64,000 bases of DNA from Candidatus Cloacimonadota bacterium (GTDB lineage: Bacteria; Cloacimonadota; Cloacimonadia; G963667145), in NCBI GenBank assembly GCA_963667255.1, contig OY762940.1, forward strand, positions 800,001 to 864,000, read 5' to 3'. Under the pieces are notes generated by a model. It saw only the letters and a list, made by a program, of their open reading frames with translations, ran no database searches and was not told the origin of the DNA. Position numbers and translations under genes: made by a program. Shown in pieces: positions 10,634-23,176 of the stretch (its first letter is position 1; each line of letters begins with the position of its first letter).

Positions 10634-10792
10634 ATGAGAGATATTATTGTGTTAGAATGTACTGAGTGTAAAAGCAGAAATTATTCAAATACTAAAAACA
10701 AGAGATTGCATCCTGAAAAAGTTGAATATAAGAAGTATTGTCCGAAATGCAGAAAACACCTTCTACACAAACAAGTAAGTAAAATTAAATAA
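10634..10792 (+). CDS. rpmG: 50S ribosomal protein L33 (Zn-binding type)
   Basis: Manual translation MRDIIVLECTECKSRNYSNTKNKRLHPEKVEYKKYCPKCRKHLLHKQVSKIK. Confidence 0.95.
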   Translation: MRDIIVLECTECKSRNYSNTKNKRLHPEKVEYKKYCPKCRKHLLHKQVSKIK

Positions 10793-10801
10793 AATTGTTG
10801 T

Positions 10802-10877
10802 AGGACAGTGGCTCAATTGGTAGAGCATCGGTCTCCAAAACCGAGGGTTGCGGGTTCAAGTCCTGCCTGTCCTGCCA
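10802..10877 (+). tRNA. tRNA-Trp(CCA)
   Basis: tcggt-ctccaaa-accga, CCA; conserved position between rpmG and secE. Confidence 0.95.
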
Positions 10878-10900
10878 TTTACTTTGTTAGGGGCGTTTAG

Positions 10901-11080
10901 ATGAAAAAACTTTTTGGATTTTTGAAAAATGTCAAAAGAGAGCTGAAGCTTGTTGATTGGCCGAGTTTTGACCAAGTAAAAGAAAGCACTTTTGTTGTTA
11001 TTGCCGTATCTGCTTTTATTGCCGCTTTTTTGGCTGTTGTAGATGTTGTTTTTACGACGATTGTAAATTATATGATGTGA
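10901..11080 (+). CDS. secE: Preprotein translocase SecE
   Basis: MKKLFGFLKNVKRELKLVDWPS plus one TM segment; lies before nusG. Confidence 0.92.
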   Translation: MKKLFGFLKNVKRELKLVDWPSFDQVKESTFVVIAVSAFIAAFLAVVDVVFTTIVNYMM

Positions 11081-11091
11081 GCTGAGTTATA

Positions 11092-11622
11092 ATGAATTGG
11101 TATGTAGTGCATGTTTTTGCTGGCTATGAGTTTAGGATAAAAGAGATTATCGAAAAGGGAATCAAGGGCAAATCTTACGAGAAAGATTTGGGACAAATCT
11201 TGATACCTACTCAGTCCACTTATCATGTAAGAGGCGGGAAAAAGATAGAGCGGGAAAAGAAAGTTTTTAGCAATTATATAATTGTGGAAGCTGAGTTGTC
11301 TCCCGAACTCTTTAGTTATATTCTCCGAGTTGATGGAGTTACCAAATTTTTGGGAACTGGCAAAAAACCTTTGCCTCTGACTAAGGAAGAAGTAGCTCGG
11401 ATGTTGGGCGAAGAAGAGATGGAAGTAGAAGAGAAAACTATTGTCAAATGCGATTTTGGCGTAGGAGATACCGTCAGAGTTGTTTCGGGTGCTTTTGTAG
11501 ATTTTAACGGAGAAGTTACTCGGTTGACTGCCGAAGAAAATAAGGTTTCTGTGGATGTTACGGTTTTCGGAAGAGTTACTTCCGTTGACCTCAAGATAGA
11601 GCAAGTAGAAAAAATTAAGTAG
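11092..11622 (+). CDS. nusG: Transcription factor NusG
   Basis: [14 protein letters not shown] domain, VFGRVTSV. Confidence 0.97.
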   Translation: MNWYVVHVFAGYEFRIKEIIEKGIKGKSYEKDLGQILIPTQSTYHVRGGKKIEREKKVFSNYIIVEAELSPELFSYILRVDGVTKFLGTGKKPLPLTKEEVARMLGEEEMEVEEKTIVKCDFGVGDTVRVVSGAFVDFNGEVTRLTAEENKVSVDVTVFGRVTSVDLKIEQVEKIK

Positions 11623-11633
11623 AGGATTTTATA

Positions 11634-12065
11634 ATGGCCGCACCAAAAACTTTTGAAACTTCTGTAAAATTACAATTGCCGGCTGGAGCTGCAACACCTG
11701 CTCCTCCTGTTGGTCCTGCTTTGGGACAGGCTGGTATTAATATTGCAGATTTTTGTAAACAATTCAATGACAGAACTAAAGATGACAAGGGTATGGTTTA
11801 TCCTGTTGTTATCTATGTTCAAAAGAATAAATCTTTCACTTTTGATATCAAGACTCCGCCTGCCGCTGTTTTGATTAAAAAAGAGATTGGCATTGCTAAA
11901 GGTTCTGGGACTCCTAACAAGGAGAAGGTTGGAACTATCAACAGGTCTCAACTTGAGAAGATTGCCAAAGCAAAAATGGAAGATTTGAACGCTTATAACT
12001 TAGACGCTGCTGTGAACATAATTGCTGGTACTGCAAAGTCTATGGGTGTAACTGTCGAAGATTAG
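11634..12065 (+). CDS. rplK: 50S ribosomal protein L11
   Basis: [16 protein letters not shown]. Confidence 0.98.
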   Translation: MAAPKTFETSVKLQLPAGAATPAPPVGPALGQAGINIADFCKQFNDRTKDDKGMVYPVVIYVQKNKSFTFDIKTPPAAVLIKKEIGIAKGSGTPNKEKVGTINRSQLEKIAKAKMEDLNAYNLDAAVNIIAGTAKSMGVTVED

Positions 12066-12126
12066 TTATATCGCCATAATACGAGATTTTGCAGGAGATT
12101 GTGTATTCACAAGGAGAGACAAATAG

Positions 12127-12834
12127 ATGAAAAGAAGTAAGAAATATTTGGACTCTTTGCAAAAATTTGATAAGAAGGGGAGCTACGATTTATCTCAAGC
12201 TCTTTCTTTTTTGTCGGGTTTTAACAAAGCCAAATACGATGAAACTGTGGAACTGCATTTTCATTTGGGAGTAGATCCGAGAAAAGCCGATCAGCAAATT
12301 AGGTCTTCTTTGGTTTTGCCAAACGGTTCAGGTAAAAATGTTACCGTTTTGGTTTTTGCCGATGGACAAAAAGCCGAGGAAGCTAAGGTTGCAGGTGCTG
12401 ATTTCGTAGGGGTTGAAGAGTTGGTAGAAAAAATTCAGAACGATAGTTGGACTGATTTTGATGTTGCCATCGCTATTCCGTCTATGATGAGCAAGATTGG
12501 TAAGGTTGCCAAGATTTTGGGACCAAGGGGTTTAATGCCTAATCCTAAAGTAGGAACTGTTACCGAAGATGTGGCTACCGCAGTAAAGGACGCCAAAGGT
12601 GGTAGGGTAGAATATCGTACCGATAAGTTGGCAAACTTGCATTTTATTGTTGGTAAGCGAAGTTTTGAAGCTGATAAATTGCAAGAAAATATTTTAGCTT
12701 GTGTCGGAGCTGTGCTCAAGGATAAGCCTCAAACTGTTAAGGGCGAGTATATCAAATCTATGAGTATTTGTTCTACCATCAGCCCGGGTATTAAACTTGA
12801 TGTTCGTGCTGTTACGGCAGAAGCTAATAAGTAG
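12127..12834 (+). CDS. rplA: 50S ribosomal protein L1
   Basis: LGPRGLMPNPKVGTV. Confidence 0.98.
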   Translation: MKRSKKYLDSLQKFDKKGSYDLSQALSFLSGFNKAKYDETVELHFHLGVDPRKADQQIRSSLVLPNGSGKNVTVLVFADGQKAEEAKVAGADFVGVEELVEKIQNDSWTDFDVAIAIPSMMSKIGKVAKILGPRGLMPNPKVGTVTEDVATAVKDAKGGRVEYRTDKLANLHFIVGKRSFEADKLQENILACVGAVLKDKPQTVKGEYIKSMSICSTISPGIKLDVRAVTAEANK

Positions 12835-12845
12835 GGGGCGATAGA

Positions 12846-13364
12846 GTGCAAGAATTTAAAAAAGAGATAGTACAAAAAATCGCTGATAGACTTTCCGATG
12901 CTAAATCGATTGTCTTGGTTAATTATAAGGGGATTAATATTCCCGAAGTTGAAGATTTGCGTTCCAGAATGCGTAAGTCGGATGTTGATTATTTCGTAGC
13001 AAAAAATACTTTTGTTAAACTTGCTTTGAAACAACTCAATTTGGAGGGCTTGGACGATTTCTTAAATCAAGAAACTGCTGTAGCTATATCCAAAGTTGAC
13101 GAAATCTCGCCTGCTAAAATCGTTAAAGATTTTGTAAAAGAGATGATGGCTAATAAGAAGTTTGGGTTTAAAGCTGGAATAGTTGACGGAGCGTTTATGT
13201 CGCTTGAGGATTTGGATAGATTGTCCAAACTTCCTTCTAGGGATGAGCTTTTGGCGAAAGTTCTCTCTTGTATGAACGCACCGATTTCAAATTTTGTAAA
13301 TGTAAATAGTCAAATTATCAAAAAGTTCGTATATGCTGTAAAAGCAATTGCGGAAAAAAAATAA
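12846..13364 (+). CDS. rplJ: 50S ribosomal protein L10
   Basis: [19 protein letters not shown]; operon position. Confidence 0.95.
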   Translation: MQEFKKEIVQKIADRLSDAKSIVLVNYKGINIPEVEDLRSRMRKSDVDYFVAKNTFVKLALKQLNLEGLDDFLNQETAVAISKVDEISPAKIVKDFVKEMMANKKFGFKAGIVDGAFMSLEDLDRLSKLPSRDELLAKVLSCMNAPISNFVNVNSQIIKKFVYAVKAIAEKK

Positions 13365-13384
13365 AAGTTTGTGTGGAGGATAAA

Positions 13385-13759
13385 ATGTCTAAAAAACAAG
13401 AAGTAATTGATATTATTAAGGAAATGAGTGTTTTGGAGCTTTCTGAATTAGTTAGCGAAATGGAAGAAATTTTTGGAGTGTCTGCTGCTGCTCCTGTTGC
13501 TGTTGCCGGTGCTGCACCTGTTGCTGCTGGCGAAGCTGCTGTTGAAAAGACTGAATTTGATGTAGTGTTGAGTGGTGCAGGCGACAAAAAAATCCAAGTT
13601 ATCAAAGCTGTAAGAGCTATTACTAGTCTTGGCTTGAAAGAAGCTAAAGATTTGGTAGATAGTTGTCCTAAGACCGTAGCTGAAGGTTTGTCTAAAGAAG
13701 ATGCAGAAGCAGCCGTTAAACAGCTTCAAGAAGCTGGTGCCACTGCTGAGATGAAATAA
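13385..13759 (+). CDS. rplL: 50S ribosomal protein L7/L12
   Basis: [22 protein letters not shown] 13385 follows GGAGG. Confidence 0.97.
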   Translation: MSKKQEVIDIIKEMSVLELSELVSEMEEIFGVSAAAPVAVAGAAPVAAGEAAVEKTEFDVVLSGAGDKKIQVIKAVRAITSLGLKEAKDLVDSCPKTVAEGLSKEDAEAAVKQLQEAGATAEMK

Positions 13760-13810
13760 AACACTTCTTTAATTCATTTGTTCAGAAGTATCAATATTTA
13801 AAAATTACTA

Positions 13811-13845
13811 AACGGAAGTGTTGCGTGACACTTCCGTTATATTTT
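13811..13845 (+). terminator. rplL-rpoB intergenic attenuator-like hairpin
   Basis: aacggaagtgt-tgcgtg-acacttccgtt followed by atatttt. Confidence 0.55.
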
Positions 13846-13884
13846 CTATCTATGGAGTTGGAATTTTAGTAAGGAGATTTATTC

Positions 13885-16800
13885 TTGGAAAATTTTAAAA
13901 ATTACTCCCGAATTAAAAAGAGATTTGAGAACCTTGGGTACCCTCAGTTAGCGATTCCGGATTTACTGGAAACGCAAACCACCTCTTTTAACGATTTTTT
14001 GCAACGGGATGTCTATCCTCAGTTGCGTAAAAATGAAGGTTTGCAATCTGTTTTTAACAACATATTTCCGATTGAAGACAATAAAGGTCTTTTCACATTG
14101 GAGTTTTTAGAATACGAAGTTAAGCAGGAAAAGTATGGCTTGGAAGAGTGCAAATTGCGCAATCTTTCGTATGAGGCTATGGTTACCGCCAGACTTCGTT
14201 TGACTATATACGATGAGGATGTTCTTGCCGAGACAGGCGAACGCAAAGTAAAAAACATCTTGGAGCAAGATGTAATTTTGGGGAATATTCCCATTATTAC
14301 CAAAGACGGAACTTTTTTGGTGAATGGAGCCGAGAGAGCAATTATTTCCCAATTACACAGGTCTTATGGTGTATTTTTTACGGAGACGAAGCATCCAAGT
14401 GGTAAACCACTTTATTCCGCCAAAGTTATTCCTGAGAGAGGAACTTGGTTGGAATTTTCTATGGATGTGCACAATGTCGTTTATGTGTATATCAATAAAA
14501 GACGAAAAATGCCGATTTCCATTCTTTTGAGGGTGGTTGGATATTCCGAAGATCAAGACATTAGAAAAGTTTTTTATGATAACGAAGTTGTGCCTTTGGC
14601 TGATGCTGAGGGGAAAAAGGCTTTTGAAGATATTTTTTCGCCTGAGACTGGAGAGGTTTTGGTGGCTGCTGGAGTGGAAATCTCCATCGATATGATTGAT
14701 GAGTTGCAAATCCATGGGTTGGAAGAGGTCGCTGTAATTTCCGGTGACATCAATACAACCATCAGTGTCATAGAAAACACTTTGGAAAAAGACGGGACTT
14801 CTTGCACTTCCGAGGCAAGCCATAGAATTTACACTTTGATGCGTCCGGGGGAAAATCCTTCCGAGGAAGATGCAGCATCTTTCGTAAACTCTTTGTTTTT
14901 TGACGACCGTCGCTATTCTATCGGTAAAGTCGGAAGATACAATATCAATAAGAAGTTGGAATTGGATTTGCCCGAAGATCAGTTTGTTTTGAGCAAAGAG
15001 GATATAATCGCCATTATTAAAAGGCTGATTTCTATTTTTGATGGCAAAGATGATGTAGATAATATTGACTACTTGGAAAATAGAAGAGTTCGTTCTGTTG
15101 GTGAACTTTTGCAGGAACAATACAATATCGGGCTTAGTCGCCTGGCAAGAGTTGCCGTGGAAAGAATGGCTATCTCTTCTCCTGAAGAGGTAACGATTTA
15201 CGATTTGATTAATTCCAATACTTTGTCGTCTGTTGTGCAATCTTTCTTTCTTACCGGTCAATTGTCACAATTTATGGAGCAAACAAATCCTTTGGCTGAA
15301 CTTACGCACAAGAGAAGATTTACCGCTTTGGGACCTGGAGGTTTGGAGAGAGAGAGAGCCGGCATGGAGTCGCGAGATGTTAACAACTCGCATTACGGCA
15401 GAATTTGTCCTATTGAGACTCCCGAGGGTCCGAACATCGGGCTGATAAACTCGCCTGCTATTTTCTCCCGAGTTAATGCTTTCGGTTTCTTGGAAACTCC
15501 GTATTACAAGGTGGAAAACGGTGTTGTGCTGAAAGATATAGTTTATCTTAATTCCGCTGTTGAGGCTAAAGTTACTGTCGCCCAAGCAGGTATCGAGATA
15601 GACGATAACGGTAAAATAGTAAGGGATTTCGTTTTTGCCAGAAAGGGTGATGAGTTTTTGCAAGTTGCCAAGAACGAGATAAACTATTTGGATGTTTCGC
15701 CGATGCAAGCTATGAGTTTGTCCACTACTCTTATTCCTTTTTTGGAGCACAACGATGCTTCTCGTGCGTTGATGGGTTCTAACATGCAACGCCAAGCAGT
15801 TCCGTTGCTCAATCCCGAGTTTCCTGTAGTAGGAACTGGTATGGAGAAGGTGGTAGCCAGAAGTTCTGCGAATGTTCGGCTTGCACCATTTGATGGCAAA
15901 GTCATTGATGTTACTGCGGAATATGTTGAGTTGGAAAAAATCGATGATAGCGATGATGTGAGCATCGATAAGACTTACAGGATTGAGTTTGCCAAATACA
16001 AACGCTCAAACCAAGATACTTGTATAAACCAAAGACCTGTGGTTAAAGTTGGTCAGATTGTGAAAAATGGCGATTTTATTTCCGATGGTCCTTCTGTAAA
16101 CGAAGGTCGTTTGGCTCTTGGTCGCAACTTGAAAGTGGCTTTTATGTCTTGGTATGGATACAACTATGAGGATGCTATCATTTTGAACGAGAAAGTAGCT
16201 TGGGAAGACGCTTTTACCTCTTTATACATTGAAGAAAAAGAGGTTTTGGTCCGTGAGATGAAGTCTGGTCGTGAGGAACTTGTCTATGACATTCCTGATG
16301 TTTCCAAATATGCCCTTCGTAATTTGGATAAGACAGGTGTCATCCGCTTGGGTAGCGTGATAGAGTCTGGCGATATTATTGTGGGCAAGATTACTCCCAA
16401 AAGTTCCGACATCGATCCGTCTCCTGAAGAGAACTTGATGCGTGCTTTGTTTGGAGATAGAGCCGGCGATTTTACCAATACATCTCTGAAGGCTAAACCT
16501 GGTATGGAAGGTGTTGTTGTTGATGTTCGTGTTTTCTCTCGTGAAGAGGACGATTTGGATGCCGAACAAGAAAAAGAGTTTAAGCTGAACAAATACAAAA
16601 AAGATTTTGATAATAGAAATCTTAAAGTGCAACAATTCCTGAAAGCCGAGTTTCTGAAAAAAGTGGTTGGCAAAACCTCTAAAGATATCAAAAGCAGAAC
16701 TTCGGGACACTATTTCGTTGAGCCGGGCAAGAAAATTACCAAAGACGACATTGAGGCTATCGATTTCAAAACCTTGGATTTGAAAGTTTCTTTCACAACT

Positions 16801-17676
16801 GACCAAGAGTTTAACAAAATTTTTTATGATACGGCAATTTATCGCGTTAAGGTTGCTTACGGCGAGAATGAAAATATTTACAAAAAGTTGAGAGACCGTG
16901 TCCGTCAAGGAGATGAGCTTGACCAAGGTGTGTTCAAGATGGTCAAAGTTTATATTGCTAAGAAGAGAAAGATTTCCGTTGGAGATAAGATGGCGGGTCG
17001 TCACGGTAACAAGGGTGTGGTTTCCAAAATCGCTCCTATCGCCGATATGCCTTTTACAGCTGATGGAGAAGCCGTTGATATCGTGCTAAATCCTCTTGGT
17101 GTGCCTTCGCGGATGAACATTGGGCAAATTTTTGAGACTCACTTGGGTATTGCAGCCAAGATTTTGGGATTTAATGTTGAAACACCAGTCTTTGACGGAG
17201 CAACCGAGCAGGATATTTTGGACGCTTTGGACAAAGCCGGATTGGATGCCGATGGTAAGCAAGTGCTTTATGATGGTAAGACCGGAGAGAGATTTGACCA
17301 GCGAGTAACTGTTGGGATGATGTATATGCTGAAACTTAACCACTTGGTAAAAGACAAGATGCATGCCAGAAGCACCGGTCCTTACTCGCTTATCACTCAG
17401 CAACCTTTGGGCGGTAAGGCTCAACACGGTGGACAACGCTTGGGAGAGATGGAGGTTTGGGCTTTGGAGGCTTATGGTGCTGCCAATCTGCTGAAAGAGA
17501 TGGTAACCATAAAGTCTGATGATATGCAAGGTCGGACTTCCGCTTTCAAATCGATAGTTTCCGGAGAAAATCCGATTATTTCGGGGACACCGGAATCTTT
17601 TATGGTGTTGGTAAGTGAGCTTAAATCGCTCGGTTTTGATATAGAATTTTTGAAAGATGCACAAGTACAAGAGTAA
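13885..17676 (+). CDS. rpoB: RNA polymerase beta subunit
   Basis: GDKMAGRHGNKGVV, GQRLGEMEVWALEAYGAA. Confidence 0.99.
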   Translation: MENFKNYSRIKKRFENLGYPQLAIPDLLETQTTSFNDFLQRDVYPQLRKNEGLQSVFNNIFPIEDNKGLFTLEFLEYEVKQEKYGLEECKLRNLSYEAMVTARLRLTIYDEDVLAETGERKVKNILEQDVILGNIPIITKDGTFLVNGAERAIISQLHRSYGVFFTETKHPSGKPLYSAKVIPERGTWLEFSMDVHNVVYVYINKRRKMPISILLRVVGYSEDQDIRKVFYDNEVVPLADAEGKKAFEDIFSPETGEVLVAAGVEISIDMIDELQIHGLEEVAVISGDINTTISVIENTLEKDGTSCTSEASHRIYTLMRPGENPSEEDAASFVNSLFFDDRRYSIGKVGRYNINKKLELDLPEDQFVLSKEDIIAIIKRLISIFDGKDDVDNIDYLENRRVRSVGELLQEQYNIGLSRLARVAVERMAISSPEEVTIYDLINSNTLSSVVQSFFLTGQLSQFMEQTNPLAELTHKRRFTALGPGGLERERAGMESRDVNNSHYGRICPIETPEGPNIGLINSPAIFSRVNAFGFLETPYYKVENGVVLKDIVYLNSAVEAKVTVAQAGIEIDDNGKIVRDFVFARKGDEFLQVAKNEINYLDVSPMQAMSLSTTLIPFLEHNDASRALMGSNMQRQAVPLLNPEFPVVGTGMEKVVARSSANVRLAPFDGKVIDVTAEYVELEKIDDSDDVSIDKTYRIEFAKYKRSNQDTCINQRPVVKVGQIVKNGDFISDGPSVNEGRLALGRNLKVAFMSWYGYNYEDAIILNEKVAWEDAFTSLYIEEKEVLVREMKSGREELVYDIPDVSKYALRNLDKTGVIRLGSVIESGDIIVGKITPKSSDIDPSPEENLMRALFGDRAGDFTNTSLKAKPGMEGVVVDVRVFSREEDDLDAEQEKEFKLNKYKKDFDNRNLKVQQFLKAEFLKKVVGKTSKDIKSRTSGHYFVEPGKKITKDDIEAIDFKTLDLKVSFTTDQEFNKIFYDTAIYRVKVAYGENENIYKKLRDRVRQGDELDQGVFKMVKVYIAKKRKISVGDKMAGRHGNKGVVSKIAPIADMPFTADGEAVDIVLNPLGVPSRMNIGQIFETHLGIAAKILGFNVETPVFDGATEQDILDALDKAGLDADGKQVLYDGKTGERFDQRVTVGMMYMLKLNHLVKDKMHARSTGPYSLITQQPLGGKAQHGGQRLGEMEVWALEAYGAANLLKEMVTIKSDDMQGRTSAFKSIVSGENPIISGTPESFMVLVSELKSLGFDIEFLKDAQVQE

Positions 17677-17691
17677 AAATGGAGTTTTACT

Positions 17692-20600
17692 GTGATAAGA
17701 AAAATTAAAAGAGATGAAGTAATTTCTGATTATGATGCAGTGAAGATTAGCTTGGCATCGCCCGAGAAGATTAAAGAATGGTCTTTTGGCGAAGTGACCA
17801 AGCCTGAAACTCTGAACTATAGAACTCATAAACCGGAGAGAGACGGACTATTTTGCGAGAGGATTTTTGGACCGGAAAAAGATTATGAATGTTCTTGTGG
17901 AAAATATAAGAAGCGTCGTTTTGCGGGAACTGTCTGTGACCGCTGTGGTGTAGAGGTAATCTCATCCAGAGTTCGCAGAACAAGGATGGGACACATCGAG
18001 TTGGCTGTGCCTGTTTCGCATATTTGGTATGTGAAATCTATGCCCAGCAAGATTGCCACGATTTTGGATATTTCCCTGAAAGATTTGGAGAGGGTTCTCT
18101 ATTATGAGTCTTTCATCGTTCTTGACCCGGGCAATAGTGATTATGACAGATTGGATTTGATAGACACGGAGACTTATTACGAAATCATTGATATGGTTGA
18201 TGACGATTTCGATGCTAAAATTGGTGCGGAGGCTATCAGAGAGCTTTTGTGTCAGATAAATTTGGACGAAGAGGCTATGCAACTCAAGGCTCAACTCAGC
18301 TTGGAAACTTCTACACTCAAGAGAACTTCCATCGTCAAGAGGCTGAAAGTTGTTAACTCATTCCTCAAATCCAACAACCGTCCCGAGTGGATGATAATGA
18401 CCGTATTGCCTGTGTTGCCACCGACTTTGCGTCCTCTTGTCCCGCTTGATGGTGGTAGATTTGCTACTTCCGATTTCAACGATTTGTATCGCAGAGTGAT
18501 TGCCAGAAACAATCGTCTCAAGCAATTGATTAGTATTAGAGCACCTCAGGTTATTTTGCGTAACGAGAAGAGAATGTTGCAAGAGGCTGTAGATGCTTTG
18601 TTTGACAACTCTCGTAAATCTATGCCTGTGAGGGGAAGTGGAAACAGACCACTAAAATCGCTGACTGACCAACTCAAGGGTAAACAAGGAAGATTTCGTC
18701 AAAACCTTTTGGGTAAACGAGTGGACTACTCTGCTCGGTCTGTTATTACCGTTGGTCCTGAGTTGAAAATTGACCAATGCGGTATTCCCAAAGAGATGGC
18801 GTTGGAACTTTTTAAGCCTTTCTTGATTGAGAGGTTGGAACATTATGGCGAAGTGGAGAAAACCAAAACAGCCAAGAAGCTGATTGAGAAGAGACAGCCG
18901 AAGATTTGGAAAATCTTGCAAGAGGTAATTGAGGGTCATCCTGTTCTCTTGAATAGAGCTCCGACTTTGCACAAGTTGGGTATTCAGGCATTTTATCCGG
19001 TTTTGACGGAAGATAGAGCCATCAAATTGCATCCGATGGTATGTACTCCGTTCAATGCAGACTTTGACGGTGACCAAATGGCTGTGCATTTACCGCTTAC
19101 TGACCAAGCTGTGCAAGAGGCTGAACTTTTGATGCTTTCTTCTCGTAACTTGCTTTTGCCTGCCAGTGGCAAATTGGCGATGCTTGCCTCTCAAGATATC
19201 GTTTTGGGTATCTACTATCTTACTATGGAAAAAACTCCCAAGCCTAAGGACGACAAAAAGCTCAAATATTATGGCGATACTCAAGAGTTGATGGCGATTT
19301 ATGACAACGAGAGATTTTCCGGTAAGCCACTGGAAGAGAGAGCGATTAGATTGCATACATGGATTAAGTTCAAAGTCAATGGGGAGTTTATCGTAACGAC
19401 TGTCGGCAGGGTTATTTTTAACAGTATAGTTCCCAAAGAGATAGGCTACCAAAATCATGTTTTTGATAAGGGAAGAATTAACAGTTTTTCCACGAAAATC
19501 TTTGAAACTGTAGGTCAGGCTGCTACTGCGGAATATTTGGACAGACTAAAAAGTCTTGGTTTCAAATACGCTACAAATTCGGGCATTACTTTTAGCTTTA
19601 GAGATGTGATAGTGCCGAAAGGGAAAAAAGAGAAAATTGCCGAAGCTGAGAAAAAAATCGACGAAATTATGCAAAACTACATGGAAGGTAGGATTACCGA
19701 CCGTGAACGCGAAAATAGAAGTGTTGATACTTGGAAAATGGTTACCGAGGAGATTACCGAGGAACTGATGGAAGAGGTGGCAAAAGACCAAGACGGGCTT
19801 AACTCTATACACATTATGCACATTTCAGGTGCTCGTGGTGGTAAAGACCAAATCAAACAGCTCGGTGCTATGCGTGGACTCATGGACAAACCTGTTAGAG
19901 CCGACAACGACGATTTGGGTGTTATTGAGACTCCGATTAAGGCTAACTTCAAAGAGGGTCTTGATTTGTTCCAATATTTCCTCTCTACTCATGGTTCTCG
20001 TAAAGGTCTTGCCGATACCGCTCTGAAAACAGCTGATGCTGGTTATCTTACGAGAAGACTTGTGGATGTTGCTCGCAACGCTGTAATCAACATTGAAGAT
20101 TGTGGCACAATTAAAGGGTTGGAAGTTTCCGCTCTCAAGGAAGGTCTTGAGGTTGTGGAATCTCTCTCCGAGAGAATCAGAGGCCGTGTAGCCAGTGCAG
20201 ATATTCACGATCCGGAAACCGGCGAAGTTTTGGTTGCTGCCAATGAGGAAATTACTAACGAAGCCGCTGAACTTGTGGAGCAAAGAGGAGTTTCCAAGGT
20301 AAAGATAAGGTCGGTGCTTACTTGTGAAGCAAAAGATGGTATCTGTGCCAAATGCTACGGACGGAACTTGGGCACTTCCAAAATGGTTACAATCGGTGAG
20401 CCTGTGGGCGTTATTGCCGCTCAAAGTATCGGAGAGCCAGGGACACAATTGACTTTGCGAACATTCCACTCCGGTGGTTCTGCCTCTACTAATGTGGAAA
20501 TTTCCGAGAGGATTTCTTCTGCTGACGGTATCGTAAGATACATCAGAATGAATATTATCGAGGATATTGACGGGAATATTATTTCCAAAGGTCACTTGGG

Positions 20601-21834
20601 TAAAATAGCCATCGAAGACAATGACTGCAATGTTTTGGAAGAGCACGATGTTGAGTATGCTTCCACCGTTTATGTGAAAGAGGGAGAAAGAGTTGTTGCC
20701 AATACCAAGCTTATCTCTTGGGACTCTTATTCTCATCCGATTATTGCTACCACTAAGGGTAAAGTCGAGTTTGACGGATTTGTAAAAGATACAACCATCA
20801 AAGAAGAGTTTAACCAGCTTACAGGTAATAAGGAAATTACAGTTATCGCCTCCAAAGACCGTAAAATACAGCCACAAATCCGTATAATTGGCACAAAAGG
20901 CGAGGACGAGATAATACCACTTCCGCCTAACCTTAGTGTTGATGTTAATGAGGGAGACCATGTTTTCCCAGGGAGCATTTTGGGTAGGACTTCCAGAGCA
21001 TCGGAGGTGCAAGGCGATATCACGGGTGGTTTGCCTCGGGTGCAGGAGTTGTTTGAGGCAAGAGTTCCCAAAAATAAAGCGATTATTTCCGAAGTTGACG
21101 GGCGGATAACGATTGGCGATTTGTCTAGAATGGGTCGTAAGATATTTGTGGAAACGGAAAATGGCGAAAAGCAAAAATACATTATTCCGCTTGGCAAACG
21201 AATCATCGTTCACCAAGGTGATTATGTAGAGGCTGGTAACGCCCTTTCCGATGGACCTCTCGACCCTCACGATGTTCTGCGAGCCAAAGGAATTGGAGAA
21301 GCTGAACGCTTAATCCTAAATGGTATCCAAAGTGTGTATCGTAAGCAAGGCGTGAAAATCGACGATAAGCATGTCGGCGTGATAATCAAGCAAATGCTGA
21401 AAAATGTGCGAATTGTTGACCCGGGGAACACTATTTTCCTGCAAGATGAGATAGTTGCCAGACCCAGAGTGATGGAGGAAAACAAGATAGTTGAGGAGAG
21501 TGAAGGGACTGTGGCTACTTTTGAGCCGGTGCTTTTGGGTATTACCAGAGCGGCATTATACTCTGATAGTTGGCTATCTTCAGCATCATTCCAGGAGACA
21601 ACAAAAATATTGACACATTCGGCCATCGAAGGAAAAGTTGACCCGCTTAATGGTCAAAAAGAGAATATAATCCTTGGACACCTTGTTCCTATTGGGACAG
21701 GGAGTAAATATTATAGGGATGAATTTGATAAATTGATAAGTGAGAAAGAAGGTTTGTCCGGTGCTGTTTCTTCCATTCTGAGTCAGGAAGAGGTTACAGA
21801 GGAAAGTGTGGAAGGCCTACTTGGAGAAATTTAA
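17692..21834 (+). CDS. rpoC: RNA polymerase beta' subunit
   Basis: [23 protein letters not shown]. Confidence 0.99.
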   Translation: MIRKIKRDEVISDYDAVKISLASPEKIKEWSFGEVTKPETLNYRTHKPERDGLFCERIFGPEKDYECSCGKYKKRRFAGTVCDRCGVEVISSRVRRTRMGHIELAVPVSHIWYVKSMPSKIATILDISLKDLERVLYYESFIVLDPGNSDYDRLDLIDTETYYEIIDMVDDDFDAKIGAEAIRELLCQINLDEEAMQLKAQLSLETSTLKRTSIVKRLKVVNSFLKSNNRPEWMIMTVLPVLPPTLRPLVPLDGGRFATSDFNDLYRRVIARNNRLKQLISIRAPQVILRNEKRMLQEAVDALFDNSRKSMPVRGSGNRPLKSLTDQLKGKQGRFRQNLLGKRVDYSARSVITVGPELKIDQCGIPKEMALELFKPFLIERLEHYGEVEKTKTAKKLIEKRQPKIWKILQEVIEGHPVLLNRAPTLHKLGIQAFYPVLTEDRAIKLHPMVCTPFNADFDGDQMAVHLPLTDQAVQEAELLMLSSRNLLLPASGKLAMLASQDIVLGIYYLTMEKTPKPKDDKKLKYYGDTQELMAIYDNERFSGKPLEERAIRLHTWIKFKVNGEFIVTTVGRVIFNSIVPKEIGYQNHVFDKGRINSFSTKIFETVGQAATAEYLDRLKSLGFKYATNSGITFSFRDVIVPKGKKEKIAEAEKKIDEIMQNYMEGRITDRERENRSVDTWKMVTEEITEELMEEVAKDQDGLNSIHIMHISGARGGKDQIKQLGAMRGLMDKPVRADNDDLGVIETPIKANFKEGLDLFQYFLSTHGSRKGLADTALKTADAGYLTRRLVDVARNAVINIEDCGTIKGLEVSALKEGLEVVESLSERIRGRVASADIHDPETGEVLVAANEEITNEAAELVEQRGVSKVKIRSVLTCEAKDGICAKCYGRNLGTSKMVTIGEPVGVIAAQSIGEPGTQLTLRTFHSGGSASTNVEISERISSADGIVRYIRMNIIEDIDGNIISKGHLGKIAIEDNDCNVLEEHDVEYASTVYVKEGERVVANTKLISWDSYSHPIIATTKGKVEFDGFVKDTTIKEEFNQLTGNKEITVIASKDRKIQPQIRIIGTKGEDEIIPLPPNLSVDVNEGDHVFPGSILGRTSRASEVQGDITGGLPRVQELFEARVPKNKAIISEVDGRITIGDLSRMGRKIFVETENGEKQKYIIPLGKRIIVHQGDYVEAGNALSDGPLDPHDVLRAKGIGEAERLILNGIQSVYRKQGVKIDDKHVGVIIKQMLKNVRIVDPGNTIFLQDEIVARPRVMEENKIVEESEGTVATFEPVLLGITRAALYSDSWLSSASFQETTKILTHSAIEGKVDPLNGQKENIILGHLVPIGTGSKYYRDEFDKLISEKEGLSGAVSSILSQEEVTEESVEGLLGEI

Positions 21835-21851
21835 AAGTTTGGAGGAAGGCA

Positions 21852-22223
21852 GTGCCTACAATTAATCAGCTTATAAGAAAGGGTAGAAAAAAGGTTGTAA
21901 AAACCAAAAAGAATCGTGCCTTGGATCAATGTCCTCAAAGAAAGGGCGTTTGCACCAGGGTTTACACCACTACCCCAAAAAAGCCTAACTCAGCCTTGCG
22001 TAAGGTTGCCAGAGTAAGGCTTTCAAACGGAAAAGAAGTGACAGCTTATATCCCCGGCGAGGGACACAAGTTGCAAGAGCACTCAATAGTGTTGGTTCGC
22101 GGTGGTCGTGTAAAAGACTTACCGGGTGTGCGTTATCATGTAGTTCGTGGCTCTCACGATGCTGAGGGCGTAGATGGGAGAAAGACTTCCCGTTCCAAAT
22201 ATGGCGCTAAAAAAGCTAAATAA
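21852..22223 (+). CDS. rpsL: 30S ribosomal protein S12
   Basis: [20 protein letters not shown]. Confidence 0.99.
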   Translation: MPTINQLIRKGRKKVVKTKKNRALDQCPQRKGVCTRVYTTTPKKPNSALRKVARVRLSNGKEVTAYIPGEGHKLQEHSIVLVRGGRVKDLPGVRYHVVRGSHDAEGVDGRKTSRSKYGAKKAK

Positions 22224-22241
22224 ATCAAGGAGTGGTAATAG

Positions 22242-22712
22242 ATGTCTCGTAGAAGAAAAGCGGTAGAAAGAAAAATTACCCCTGATTACAAATACAACAG
22301 CGTAAAGCTCAGTAAGTTTATTAATAACTTGATGCTCAAAGGCAAAAAGTCTTTGGCAGAACAAATAGTGTATGATGCGTTTGATATTATCAAGGACAAA
22401 ACTGAAAAAGATCCGATGGAAGTTTTTGAGGGTGCACTCAAAAATGCTACTCCTCAAGTGAAGGTAGTTTCCAAAAGGTTAGGTGGCTCCAACTATCAAG
22501 TTCCTAGAGAGATAGGACAAAAAGAGGGACAGGCCATGGTTTTTCGTTGGTTGATTAACTTTGCACGCACTCGTAAAGAAAACACGATGAGCAAAAGATT
22601 GGCTGAAGAGTTGATGGCTGCTAACAATGGCGAAGGTGCTAGTGTTAAGAAAAAGGACGAAACTCACAAAATGGCGGAAGCAAACAGAGCTTTTGCACAC
22701 ATCAGATGGTAA
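22242..22712 (+). CDS. rpsG: 30S ribosomal protein S7
   Basis: GGSNYQVP, HKMAEANRAFAH. Confidence 0.98.
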   Translation: MSRRRKAVERKITPDYKYNSVKLSKFINNLMLKGKKSLAEQIVYDAFDIIKDKTEKDPMEVFEGALKNATPQVKVVSKRLGGSNYQVPREIGQKEGQAMVFRWLINFARTRKENTMSKRLAEELMAANNGEGASVKKKDETHKMAEANRAFAHIRW

Positions 22713-22724
22713 TGGAGCGAGAAA

Positions 22725-22859
22725 ATGAAAAGAACATTTCAACCTCACAATAGAAAGAAAAAAAACAAGCATGGTTTTCGTAAGCGTATGTCTACGGCGA
22801 GTGGTCGTAAGGTGATAAGTGCGAGGAGAGCCAAGGGTAGAAAAAGACTTACCCATTAA
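22725..22859 (+). CDS. rpmH: 50S ribosomal protein L34
   Basis: Manual translation [44 protein letters not shown]. Confidence 0.97.
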   Translation: MKRTFQPHNRKKKNKHGFRKRMSTASGRKVISARRAKGRKRLTH

Positions 22860-23176
22860 TGCGTTTTTTTCGCAATAGTAGGGAATTTAAAGAGCTTTAT
22901 GCTATAGGGAAAAGGTACTCTTCGGAGTACTTTACCTTTATTATGGCTAAGGATATTGAGTCGGCAGTGGGAGTAGTTTTATCCAAGAAAGTTGGTAAGG
23001 CTAACAAGAGGAACAAATTGAAGAGACGACTCAAGCATTATTTTCGTGATTTTGGCAAATTGGGAAACCACAAGTTGTTGATAATTGGCAAGAAGGATAG
23101 CGTATTTTTGAGCTGGGAAGAGGCTTGCTCTGCAATGGACACTTTTCAAAAGAAAATTTTTGGTTGCAACGAGTGA
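22859..23176 (+). CDS. rnpA: RNase P protein component
   Basis: VLSKKVGKANKRNKLKRRL (RNR motif); follows rpmH. Confidence 0.92.
   Translation: MRFFRNSREFKELYAIGKRYSSEYFTFIMAKDIESAVGVVLSKKVGKANKRNKLKRRLKHYFRDFGKLGNHKLLIIGKKDSVFLSWEEACSAMDTFQKKIFGCNE

Noticed and set aside
9403..21270. Long antisense ORFs opposite tuf, rpoB and rpoC (also nusA and infB)
   Set aside because: Shadow frames caused by codon bias; no recognisable motifs
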